Shown: positions 38,301-49,904 of the stretch, piece by piece | Numbering within the stretch: position 1 is the stretch's first letter | How the letters are laid out: each line of letters starts with the position of its first letter | Source of the DNA: Trichinella spiralis | Lineage: Eukaryota | DNA: 59,822 nucleotides | Assembly (NCBI RefSeq): GCF_000181795.1 | Contig: NW_003526944.1 | Span: 1,565,639-1,625,460, forward strand | Direction: 5' to 3' | Translations under genes and position numbers: made by a program | The notes under the pieces: generated by a model | Told to the model about the DNA's origin: nothing | What the model saw: only the letters and a program-made list of their open reading frames with translations | The model's database searches: none

Positions 38301-41289
38301 AGTCGTTAACAGGCAATTATTTATTTTCCTCTGAATCTTTGTTTTTTGTTTACTGCAATTTGTTGAAGTTTTTGCACTATTATGTAAAATATTGTCGAAA
38401 TAAGCATTTTGCCTTTCTGATGAATTTCATTTGCTCCTTTATGCCTGATTTTAAACTTAGGCAATCCTATTATCATTCCCTGCTTATTTACTTTGCTTAC
38501 CATTGCTGATTTGCATTAATGTTTTCTGAAAATAGTACATCATATTCTTTTCATTATGCAATTTTATTTTCACTTCACTGAATTTAACTGTTTCAACAGC
38601 AATCGTTTCAATATTTTGTTTTGTATTTGAAAATTGAATTCATAATTAATGATTGACTGTGGTTTCTGATAAAATTATTAAGAACTGATTACTGTTAACA
38701 CTAAATTAATAACATAGATTTTTAATATGCTAATGTGCATGTATTATTATTTTCTTGTTATGAGTGATAAACAAATCGTTTAGTTCTAACTATGTACAAT
38801 TAGAAAACGTAATGTGAAAATCATAATACTGCAATTTTGGAAATAATGTGAACCATGAATTCCACTGAATTTCTATTGAAAATTTCCGTTCATAAATCTA
38901 AACTGACATGCCGCATAAAAAGCATAACAGACCAAGCGTTTCCGACATTCATAGGGCTTCTTTTATGTTCATTGTACAAGTATACAATCAAAGCTACTTG
39001 GACATCTTTTCTTGCCAGTTGCTCAGTAGATTGACCATCTGCGAAGCCGGACCGTGGCTGAAAGCCACCCGCTGACTGAGTTCTGTTAACAATCACGGTT
39101 GGTGGCCAGACAAAACGAATCATCACTGATCAAGGCGTAGTTCCCTGGCGAGCTTTAATTCGACTCCATTCCAAAAAATTAATAGACTGTTTTGTTTTCT
39201 TTTCTTAGCATTTGGCACCAGCTTGTTAGCATTTTGTAGTGAAACAGCCCCTAAATACTCACTTGTTTTACCTTACAAACACCAACCAATGGTATCTTTT
39301 TTGCGTTTTGCCATGCATGCGTCAACGTTTCATGTGAAATTCAAACGATTATTTTATGCATTTTGTTTTACTGTAGATCCACTTTATCAGAAAAATTAGA
39401 AATGAAAAAAAAGCAAAGCAAGCAAGCGGATAAAAAATCTAGTTAATTGCAATTTTTATAATTTTTATGAAATATCTCTGACATTAGTGATTTTGATAAT
39501 TTGCTCATTGCGTCACGTATAGGATTACATGTTTTGAATCGCTTTGATCATTTTTTATGCTTCTCCAACTTGTTAACGGTGTTGGGATCTTAGCTGCTCA
39601 GTTTTATTGAGCAAGTTATTTTAAAGCTATGCGTAGTTCAGCAATAATTTGTATTTGAAGGAAATTATTTGAAATGATTAAACTAATTCATCACCAAATT
39701 AGGGGTTCAGTCGGTATTTTCAAAGTAATTGAAAACGAATCCCCGTCGTCAAGCAAACTGTTTTTGGGCACAATTTACAGTAAGGCAGGAGCAGCCATGC
39801 TGTGAGACTGGCTGTCACTTGCAAGGTGCAGAAGCGGATCTAAATGTGAGCCAGTTTGCAAGTGGGCCACGCAATTGGCACTGCAACTACAGAATGGAAG
39901 CATCCCGCTGAGATTTGGTGTCTTCACCAAGCGATCAGTTTTAGTGTTCAATTTAGTCCTGTTTTTTCTGTCATGGATTCTATTGTTCTGATGTCAAAAT
40001 TAGGAAGGAATCAGGTCCTGCTTGTATGCAAGTCGCCGTTGGGCAAATTTTACTTGGTTGGGAATAAAAATTGTAAATTTTCCACTTTACCGTTAACAGC
40101 GTTGATTATCGATGTCCCCAGCTTGTGTGTTTATTTTCAGTGTGGTTTTGTATTCGATTCGACTATTTTCTTGTTCTCCTTGTTTTCTCAATTACATCCA
40201 TGCTAAACAGCAACATGGACAACATCTAAACAGCAATTCAACGTGAACTGGACTGAATTTTGTCTAAACTCTATCCGGATAATCTTTTAATAAAAATGAG
40301 GCTAATTTAAGCTGTATGCCTTCTGGTAACAGCAGCATGCAATAATAAGACTTTCAGTGAAATCAATTTGGGATCTTTTTGCAGTATTTTGATTTTTCGG
40401 GTTGCGTCAGATTTAGAGCAGCTTGGCGTCCCGTTGAGCCTGTAATAACAGGGTTGGTGGAGATTTCGTGCATAGGTTTTAATTTCATTAAATAGATCAG
40501 GGTCGAAAAGCTGAAAACGAACACCTGCCTTGTGTCCGTTTGGCCAGCTGGCCATCATTGTGATCGAGCAGTTTTTCTGTAGCTATCCAAGATAGCCAAT
40601 TAAGTGACTCGGAAATTCTAGGGTCCATTGTACAAGCATAAAAAGCTATTGCTGTTGACGCCTCGAGTGCTAAACGAGCGCTTAACCCAGATTATCAGAC
40701 TACAATAGCCTTTGACGTTCGTCATCATTAGATTGGTTGCGTTTTGGTCCTTCGAAGCCACAAAAGCTTTTTTCATGATCTTCCCTTTGCGTCAGTCCGC
40801 CAAGCATTGTTTAACTTGCCGACACCCCACGGTGGTTACCATCTTTGAAAGCGTCCGGACCGGATGATGCAACATCTGGTCAGCTAAGATGATAACTTGC
40901 GCGAATGAACGCTTTTGTGGAGGTGAGCTGATGTAGTAGTTCAGCAGTCGTGCAATATCAGCTATTGCAAAGTCATTCTAGCGGAACTATTGCAAAGTCA
41001 TGCGGAATTTGATGATTGCGTGCATTTCTTTCACATTGTAAATGTTTGTTTTTAACAACATGACTTCAGCTATATATGTTCATTTTAGTACTTCATTGTT
41101 TTCAAATTTGGAAGTGAAATTGTTGTTCATGTGAAATTCTTTTTTTAATGAAAATTAGGTTTATCACTGACATATTCTTCCATTATAAAGAATTTGCTTT
41201 TTGTAGTCTTATTTTTCTTTATGAAAGAGGTACTTTATAAATCAAATGATAAAAAATTTTTTCATTTGAACTATAACATATGTGATAAA

Positions 41290-41447
41290 CATGGGCATTG
41301 ATAAGTCTAATTTATACGGATGGAGCGGATATATTATCCAGAAGATTTATTTGGGATCCAGGGAATGGACATTGTGGGAGTTGCATAACATTTTTTCCCA
41401 TTTTTCCCAAAAATGCCCAAGTCGCCCCCTTCTTATCAACGCTATTG
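41290..41447. mobile_element. 158-bp MITE, hAT-like
   Basis: Imperfect 16-bp TIRs CATGGGCATTGATAAG / CTTATCAACGCTATTG; 8-bp flanks GTGATAAA and ATGATAAA (7/8 match, candidate TSD); second partial copy at 13043-13107. Confidence 0.7.
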
Positions 41448-42777
41448 ATGATAAATAAAGCATTTTTTACTTTTAATTAATATATGATAAGCAATTGCAG
41501 GCCCTCTAGTTGTATCTTTATTAATCACTTTGTGCAATTAGGGATCTGCGTTCTGATTTGATTACTCTTCGATCACGTGATTATTGATTCTTGTACTGTA
41601 TTTAATTTTGCACTTAATTTTTTATTTAAACTGATTTGATTGATTAGATTTAATTCAATTTGATGTTTCAGATACTAATTATTCAGTACTGAACAATCAT
41701 CTTTAGGAGTGCTAGTAACTGTGTATTCTTTTTTAAATTAATATCATCTCATTTTGGACACTGAATAAAGCATAATTTAAAAAATCAACGCTGCTTATTG
41801 GCAAGATTAATTAATTTTTCTAACAGAACATTAGAACAGACAAAGGAAGTCAATTTTTTGCGGAAATTTTAAATATGACCTTCAGCAGATATCATCGAAC
41901 TGTTTCCTTTCACAGTTAATTAGACATATACAATAGGTTTTACACTTTAGCGAGTTTGTAGCTTTTGTTGTTGTTCAGCGAAGGAAACTATATTGAAACA
42001 ACAAGTAACATTTTATATAAAGTAATTTTTCAAATTCATTTATTTATTTATTTAAATGTAAATAGAAGAAAATTGACGTCACTCAGATTTTTTGCCTGCG
42101 TATTTGACAGTATTGGTGAATATTGTAAGTGGATAATGTGCGATACTGGTATCAAGAGAAAAGGGTTGTCAATAGAATGCTTTTTTTTTCATTTTCTGGG
42201 TCTTTGAAAATGTGCGCTTGAGTGAAAATCTTCCAGAACAATATACCCAGTCAGCTAGTAATGTTATAAGGCGATAATTGAAATGTCCAGAGCGACCTTT
42301 TGCAACGGTAATAAAAATTATGCTTTACAAAAAGAACTGGTTGGAAAAATTGTGAATTCCGTTTTGCAATTGGTTGTGGCCGTCAATCAGTTTCGCACTT
42401 TGCAAACACAAATGGGCGCAACGTTCAACAAATGGACAGCTGTCAGATGAGGAGGCAAATAGCGGGCCAGGAGAAAAATATACGACAGACCTTGACACTG
42501 GATTGTCGAGAAGAAATTAGCACAAGCTGAACAAAAGCGACAGAATGACAGGGTCGTATTGGTAAGACATCGATCACAAGCATGCCGCTGGCGCATTGAC
42601 CTTAGGCATTGGGAAATATTACAATTTCATTAAATGGAAAATAGAAAAAAAAATTAGTATTATTTTCAATTAAAACGCACCATTTTCTTTATTTAAATTT
42701 CCACTATGCTCATTCAAAAATTGGAGACTGATTGTCATTTTTGTTATGAGTAAAATGGTCGAAAGTTTCCATTATCT

Positions 42778-43212
42778 CTATGAAGTCAACGCGCGTACAC
42801 GATTCAGAAAATAAGATACAGCTTCAGTTGAAGAAGAATCTGAATGTGCAACCACAGGACAGCAAACTCTGTTCACGCAAACATAATTTACCGGGCATTT
42901 TCCGTCTTCACTGCACCAATCAATTGGCAACTGTCCGTTGGGGCAATTTGGCAACGGACAGCAGCCATTTTTGAAGCAAGCATAATTCGCCTTGCACCCA
43001 CTCTTGCAATCCGTCAGTGCCAAGCCTCCTAATGGACATACGGGCAACTGAACTGAACAACAGTAACCATTCTCACACTGCTGATTCTCAGAACAGCCCT
43101 CAAATGAACAAATAAAAAAGTATTTATTTAAAAAAAATTCTTTTATTAGTTTTCCAAAGAAAACTTACTTCAGAGCATGTTCGCACTGATAACTCACCAC
43201 TAGAGCATAGGT
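42778..43212 (-). CDS. Two terminal exons (43169-43212, 42778-43098) encoding three Cys-rich C-x-C-x-C-x-C-x-CC repeats; no start exon of their own seen
   Basis: LCSSGELSVRTCSE-GCSENQQCENGYCC..CPLGGLALTDCKSGCKANYACFKNGCC..CPNGQLPIDWCSEDGKCPVNYVCVNRVCC; consensus splice sites; first exon enters in phase 1. Confidence 0.8.
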
Positions 43213-45063
43213 CTAAAAAGAGAATGTTGGGCAATTTCAAATTTCATGCTCAGTTTGCGTAAGTTGAAAGAAAAAAAAATATTTGTGCAGTGGTCATTCA
43301 AAATTTATGTGAAATATATATTTCCAAATTTACTGTCATAAATAATGATAACTCTTCTTTGTATACTTTTCTTTATTTTAGAAAACAATATCCACTGAAA
43401 AATGCATAGTATTCAAATATTTCCTCTTTTTTCATCAGTTATAAATTTATCAGATGATTCTTTTATTGAACTGACTATTTAATCATGTAATAATGGCAAA
43501 ATACTTGATAAAACCAAAAATTCTCTCATTTTACAATGCTTTATCAGAGGAAATTATTATTCTTTTTTATAAACTAACTACTTTATAGCAAAAGTATTCA
43601 TTTTATAAATTTGAAAAAGTTAAAAATTGAGATTATATTTATTCAATAAGAACATTTTCAACATGTCTTCTCTTATTTAATATCTTTATATGAAAGGAAT
43701 TTTAAAATCAATATGCACCTTTTGCTGATTTGTATGTTTGTTCAGTAGCAATCTACGATGATTTGAATTTAAATTCAAATAAACATTATCTATTATAATT
43801 ATAAATCTTCATCATTTCCTGTTGAGCGAACATTACACCCATTATTAGTTATGCAACTGCATTTAGCGGTCGAACACGTAAAATGAGCGGTGACAGTTAA
43901 ATTAAAAAATTTTTTTCATTAAATTATTTTCAAAGCACACTATTTACAAGCGATATACGCAACAGCGTTTGTATTCTGTTCCCAAAATTTTCGGTGCTAA
44001 AATATTGATTCTACAAACTTCAGCATTTTTATTCATGTTACTGAGTTGTTCTTTCAGAAATAAATTCAAAGTGGATTTAATTTGCAATTTAAATATTAAT
44101 TAGCCAAACATTTTAAATAACTGAACTAGAAAAGTTAACTAATAATTATTTTAAGCTTATATTTAATCGATAATCGTACAGTAGACGAGTGATTTAAATT
44201 CAGAAAAAAGAAGAAATTTTTACAGTTATGAAGTTTTGATAGTAAGGCTTGAAAAAAAGAAAAAAGTTACTTCTTTGGAAGATATCAGTAGAACTTAATT
44301 TTCATATAAGTTTGCAAGCAAAATAATATTTTAAAAACTTTTTGAAAAAAATAATTTATATTTCTTATGATTTCTACATACATAAATTATTTACTTTCTT
44401 TCATTATTATAATAAACAGTTACGTAATGGGCAATTTAAAGATCAGATTCACTATCGAATATGTTTGTTTGCAAAAGTGCTTTTGCATTTTTCCCTCATT
44501 AAATTAAAATGCATACTAGGAAAATTAAAGTGCCTTATGAGCTGCGGTATTTTGATTTTTCTTTATTTATCTGTCTGGATTAATCTACAAATATTAAGAA
44601 ATGCAATTACAAAGTTATACTCGTTCTTTCATGCTCATAACATGAAAAATGTAACTTTTAACTCAGTGTTCATGTAGAAAAAAGATTTAATGTTTTATTT
44701 TAAACTTTGTTCAAAGTTATATATACATGAAACTCAAATACCTTTAAAGATAAACCTTGCCTGAATTGCTGTTTTTATACATTTTTCAGTATTTAATAAT
44801 CTGATTATTATCAATTATTAAATTATCAGCTTTGTTATCAATGATAATCATCAAAGATATGATTTAACACGATAAAATCAGAATGTAATGTATGGCAACA
44901 TAATGATTATAATAAGTAAAATACTTTTTGTTTATTAATGAAAAATTTGAAATTAATTTGCATTTTTAACTATGGCAGTGATTTTTTGAAAATAAAAATT
45001 AGTTGTCTCAATCAATGATTACGAAAATGAAATCTCAAAATAGTTTGCTTGTGCTTTTAAATG

Positions 45064-47420
45064 TTAATTACGTGGTTGTTGAAGGCGAGTACGTTGATTA
45101 AAGCGAGGCAGAAACGGGAATGTAGGAATGCCAGATGGACTTAATCCAGATGCAGTTCCAGTAGCACTTAGTGGATTAATGGGAGGCAGGTTGTAGGGAA
45201 TGCTTCCAAACGGCTGACCCATGCTTGGAAAATAAGTACTCGGCGGAAAATACGGCATTCCAGAAATACCACCAGTAGATAAAGAAATACCACAGCACAA
45301 TCCCGCCTGACACGTCATTCCCGGGGGACAACCTTTCCAACACGGAAGTTGAGGATTGCATCCTGCCAGGTTATTGGCATAATATGGAGCTGATCAAAGA
45401 AAACGGTGTTTATCAAAGCAATAAAACGTTCATTTACTTACAAATCATTCCACCAATCATGGGATTTCTGTCCATGCAGCATGATCCAGATATGCATACT
45501 GAACCACCACCACATGACTGAGAACACGGACCCATGTACATCATCTGATTAGGGCAACCGTAAACGCCAGAAGTTCCTGAAGATGCAAGTTTTGCACATA
45601 TACTTTGCTACTGAAAAATCGTTTTTCACCTGTACTAATGCTTGTAACAAGATTAACCGACGGAACAGAAGGAAGAATGTTTGAATATGGTGGATAGCCA
45701 AACGGTGGCATTTGATTGTAAAGCGTTCCGTAAGGTCCTCCAAGCATTGGGGCTATAGGATACGTTGGTTGCATGCAACAGTAGCCTTGAATGCAGACGG
45801 ACACTGATGGGCATCCTCCACCCATTGATGCACACGGACTGAGAGTTACAAATGGGGATGGACAGTATTGCGTTTCTAAAAAAGTTTTCGCTTTGTAAAA
45901 TAGCATTTGATTAGTTGTAAAATTAGAAAAGGCACCTGTTGGGCTAATGCAAAGCTGAAGAAGTATATTGAAAAGACCACCAGAAAAGCACGGTCTGCGG
46001 CCCCAAAACCCACAATGGCGCCTAAAAATATTTTAAAAATACTCATAAATGAAGACTTATCTTAAACTACCTAGTAACACTGCCATATGAGATTACATCA
46101 TTAGCTAACTAATAGTAAGCAGTTTTTGCTCATTTTTTCCCATTCATATAGTAGATTGAGACAGAATATTAAGCTCAAATTCTTTTCTGCAAGAGTTGTT
46201 CTAAACTACAAATGTTTTGCTTGGTTGTACTTTTTATTTTCTCATAAAGTCTTCTCCTTGACTACTTTGTTAGGTAGGCAACGTGCAAATAATTTTACAA
46301 TGAAAAAATTGTGATTTTAGAGGCATTCTACTTGTGCAAAAATTAAAATACTGACTTTTTAAAATCTACCCTCTCCCACTTTGTAACGCTATTATCATAT
46401 TTGAAATTATTGCTTGAAAAACTTTTCTATCAGTTTTTTACTTGTCGGGCTTATTTCATTGTTTCATTTAATGGTTTTCGTTTGCATTATGCGCATGCTA
46501 AGTTTAATAAGTAAGGGAACATAAATACAAGTGAAACGTTTTTTTACCGGCGCGATGATGGCATGCATTTGAAATAAGTAGACACTGAATTTGGGTTTTC
46601 TCGAAGAGCAGCCGTACTGAGATCACACAATCCATTCTCTTCTTGACTAAATTTTTCGTCTGAAAATTAAGCATAAATAATTAAATATTAATTTCAATTT
46701 CTTATTATAAAATTTTAAGTACTCGGCAGTGGATAGCAACGTCCTCGTCCTGTCTTTTTACGCTTTGGTGCTTTTACGCAGCGTTGTTCGTTTTCGACGA
46801 ACTCTTCGTTATCGCCTCGACATGGCTTTTCTACCCATTGTCCTAAATCTGGTATCTTCCTTTAAATATATAAGCATAAATTAGCATATGATAATGCGAA
46901 ACAGCAACAACAGAAAACTATTATTATATATAATGACAAACCATGCTTGTTGATTTTCTTTAGAATACGGTTCACATTCAAAATATTTCGTAGAGTCATT
47001 GTAGTGAGATCTTTTAAGTTGGTCTGTATTGCAAAGACCGAAAATCATCGAATAATCTAAAAATGATTCATATTATTCATTTAACTCATTTTAATGGATG
47101 AAACTCAAAATACTGGTTGCTAGTTTGCAAAATAATGATTATCTGTGTAAATTTAGCCATTACAATTCCATTTATAAAGTTTGCTAATTAGCTGGAAGAT
47201 TTGTAAAACGTAATAATATGTCAGATATTTCAAAGTTAGGTAACAAGTAGGTATTTTAATAAAATACTGCACAAACTAACACAAACAGAATTTACATTGT
47301 GTATAAACAGGGATGGAAATTCTTACTATGCGATTGTTCAGAGGAAATAGCTTTTATTATAATGAACAAGACAGTGATACACAGTGAAAATGTTGAAGAA
47401 ATTTTCATAATTTTGCCCAT
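45064..47420 (-). CDS. Secreted protein: signal peptide + two reduced CBM14-like modules + three Cys-rich CC repeats + Pro/Gly/Tyr-rich segments, about 8 exons
   Basis: Phase-consistent exon chain from ATG 47420 (MGKIMKISSTFSLCITVLFIIIKAISS) through KYFEC...GQWVEKPC...FVENEQRC, TYFKC...GFWGRRPC...FNILLQLC, CPSP...GYCC, CPNQ...GSCC and CPPG...GLCC to a stop at 45064. Confidence 0.8.
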
Positions 47421-48357
47421 GTCAGCGTATTGGCACAATCAGTAGCAGATTGGCATTCAGCAGCAGTGATAGGTACGCGAGCAAGCAGAGGTTGAAATAG
47501 AATGAAATTTGATGTTGTTTTGCTTTTAAAATAGAACCTAGAACATCACTCACTTGTTTTGTTCAAAGTAATACCGGCGGCATAATTGAATGCGTAGGTG
47601 AGATACGATTGAGGGAAGAAGCTGAAAAAGATGAAACACTTGACCCTTATTTTTGTCCGTGCTGTGCAAATAATTTAAAAACATCATTTGTATTAAACAA
47701 TGCTAACGCCCCTGCTCGATAGTAGAAAGTTGTGAGATGTTTTTAGGTCGATCCTCTCAACGCTTTTCATTGCATAAAATATGAATTACACATTAAATGA
47801 GTATTTACCGCCAACGTAGAGCCCAGTTTTATAAATTTACAATCAGATGCGATTGTTCAAATAAAAGAAAGAATGTTTTTAAAATTTTAAATATAAGTAA
47901 TTTTTTTTAATTTTACTCCTTTTATTCATATAGGCAATGCTGTATTCTTGCACAAATGGTAATGCACACTTTTCGTATACTTTTTTAAAATACCCATGAA
48001 AAGTTAACTTGTACTTGAAAATATTTAACCTGATCGCGGATAAAATATCTTGAAATTTTAAAGAGAATCTAAATATGAGAGTGTATTCTGATTTTTATAA
48101 GACTTACACGTGATTAGCATGTCTCAATCCTGTTTCATCATTCTTTAGAATAGATACTAGTCAGTTTTTGGCAACATTTTATTTTGTCATAATTTTAATA
48201 AAAGCATAAAGATATATAAGTAACTTTGATAGAATTAAATGATGATAAAGCAAATCAAATGATTGATCTGGTTCAGAAAAATTGTATGCAACGGCGGAGA
48301 TCGTTTTATTTCAATAAAATGCATCATATTGAATTGCAGCTCTCTACTTTGTCACAC

Positions 48358-49904
48358 TTATGCTGTAGGAATAACGTTAACAAGCTGACGTCTCGAATCC
48401 AATGAACCAAAAATTGAGCTTTCTTTCAATTTCTGCATATCATTTGGTTTAGCAAATTTATCAGTCAGATTTATGCTTGCTAAATAGAGAAAGAATGAAT
48501 ATTCATATTAACATTTTATTATTTACTAATTTGATCACGCAAATAAAGAATCTACTTAACCTTTCTTGCATCTCATTTCAAACGAGTCTCTTCTTCTGGA
48601 ATGCATGTAATTTTTAGATTTCATTAAATCTTCCGGAACAGTGTACATTTGACCGTAACCTTCAGTTCCATTTGCGGACATCACAAAATAGTTGCACTAA
48701 AAATTTTATTTCATAATTAAAAAATTATTATTATGTAAAAAAATCCGATTATTAAAGTATATAATGGTATTGCTCACTTCGAAAAGAGTTTCACATACGC
48801 GTTGGCAGTGGCCAAAGTCACGACAAAATACTGTAGTCAAATGAGTGCATTGTGTACAATTCTCAATATTTTTCATAACTTGCTGGGGTCTCCAATGCCA
48901 CGAACAGCCATTCTCTGTTTACAGTTTTCCATGTAAAATTAATTACAAAAGTTCAAGTGATGTGAATTTCAAAATTTTCACTCCTTATTAACAATTATTA
49001 CCTTCGTAACTTTTTCTTTGCCTGCTCATCACTTATACATTAACTGCTTATTCTATTAGAAGTGTTTTAAAATATGTATATAGTATTTTGCATTTTGCAA
49101 AAAAAACTTTTTAATGCAAAATTAAAAAATGGTTTTTCTGCATTATTTATAACTTAAAAAGTTGCTTAATCTTAATTAACTTAATTACGTGGGCTAGATT
49201 CAAGAAATTAAACAGAAAATACATGCAAATTAATGCTTCAGTTATAAAATTTTAAAATGAACATAAGTTTCACTATGAGATTGTAACCATTTGAAAATGT
49301 AACTTATTAAAAATACTGTCAAATTTACCAACACAATGCCATTCATAAGAGTTGACTTCTCCATTTTTGTAAAGCTTCCAGTCGTTATTTGGTTCAAGTG
49401 AGTAAAACATTGCAGTGCTGCTTTCTTGATACCATGTAAAATAATTGCACACTTCTATATCTCCATCTTCGTGCATTTCAAGACACTGATTTTTGCACTG
49501 TGTTGGTTTTGAACAAACATGCGCCAAAAGGGGTACTCCAATATCGTTTACAGTAGATTCGCTGACCATCTTTCCAACATTATCTTTCCAATAGCAGTTA
49601 GCTGCTTTATCTTGCATAAGGGAAGGGAAAAAATTATCACGTATTTCTAAATTAGCTGGATACGAAAGTTGGCTGACAGCTCGACGAATTTCAGGCACGG
49701 CTGGCTGAAATAAAGCAACAAAAAGTTGTTAATCTTTTACAAGCAAATTCTGCTGTATACCACATTTGAGCCTGTTTTCAGTTTGCTGGGCTTCTTGGGA
49801 TTTGTAGTTGTTGTGGAAAAGAGATCAAAAACCGCAGGCGTTCTACGGCATGAAATGCTTGTAAGCAAAACGGTTGCAAATATTCCATAGCTTATCAGAT
49901 GCAT
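48358..49904 (-). CDS. Secreted Cys-rich protein with two tandem PAN/Apple-like modules, 5 exons
   Basis: Signal MHLISYGIFATVLLTSISC. Two repeats: CYWK...CSKPTQCKNQC...CNYFTW...YEWHC and CSWH...CRDFGHCQRVC...CNYFVM...FEMRC. Exon phases are consistent to TAA at 48358. Confidence 0.75.

Noticed and set aside
46071..46130. Apparent first exon MAVLL|GT for the Cys-repeat gene
   Set aside because: It puts downstream exons out of frame; the chain from the 46548 donor directly to 46021 is phase-consistent.
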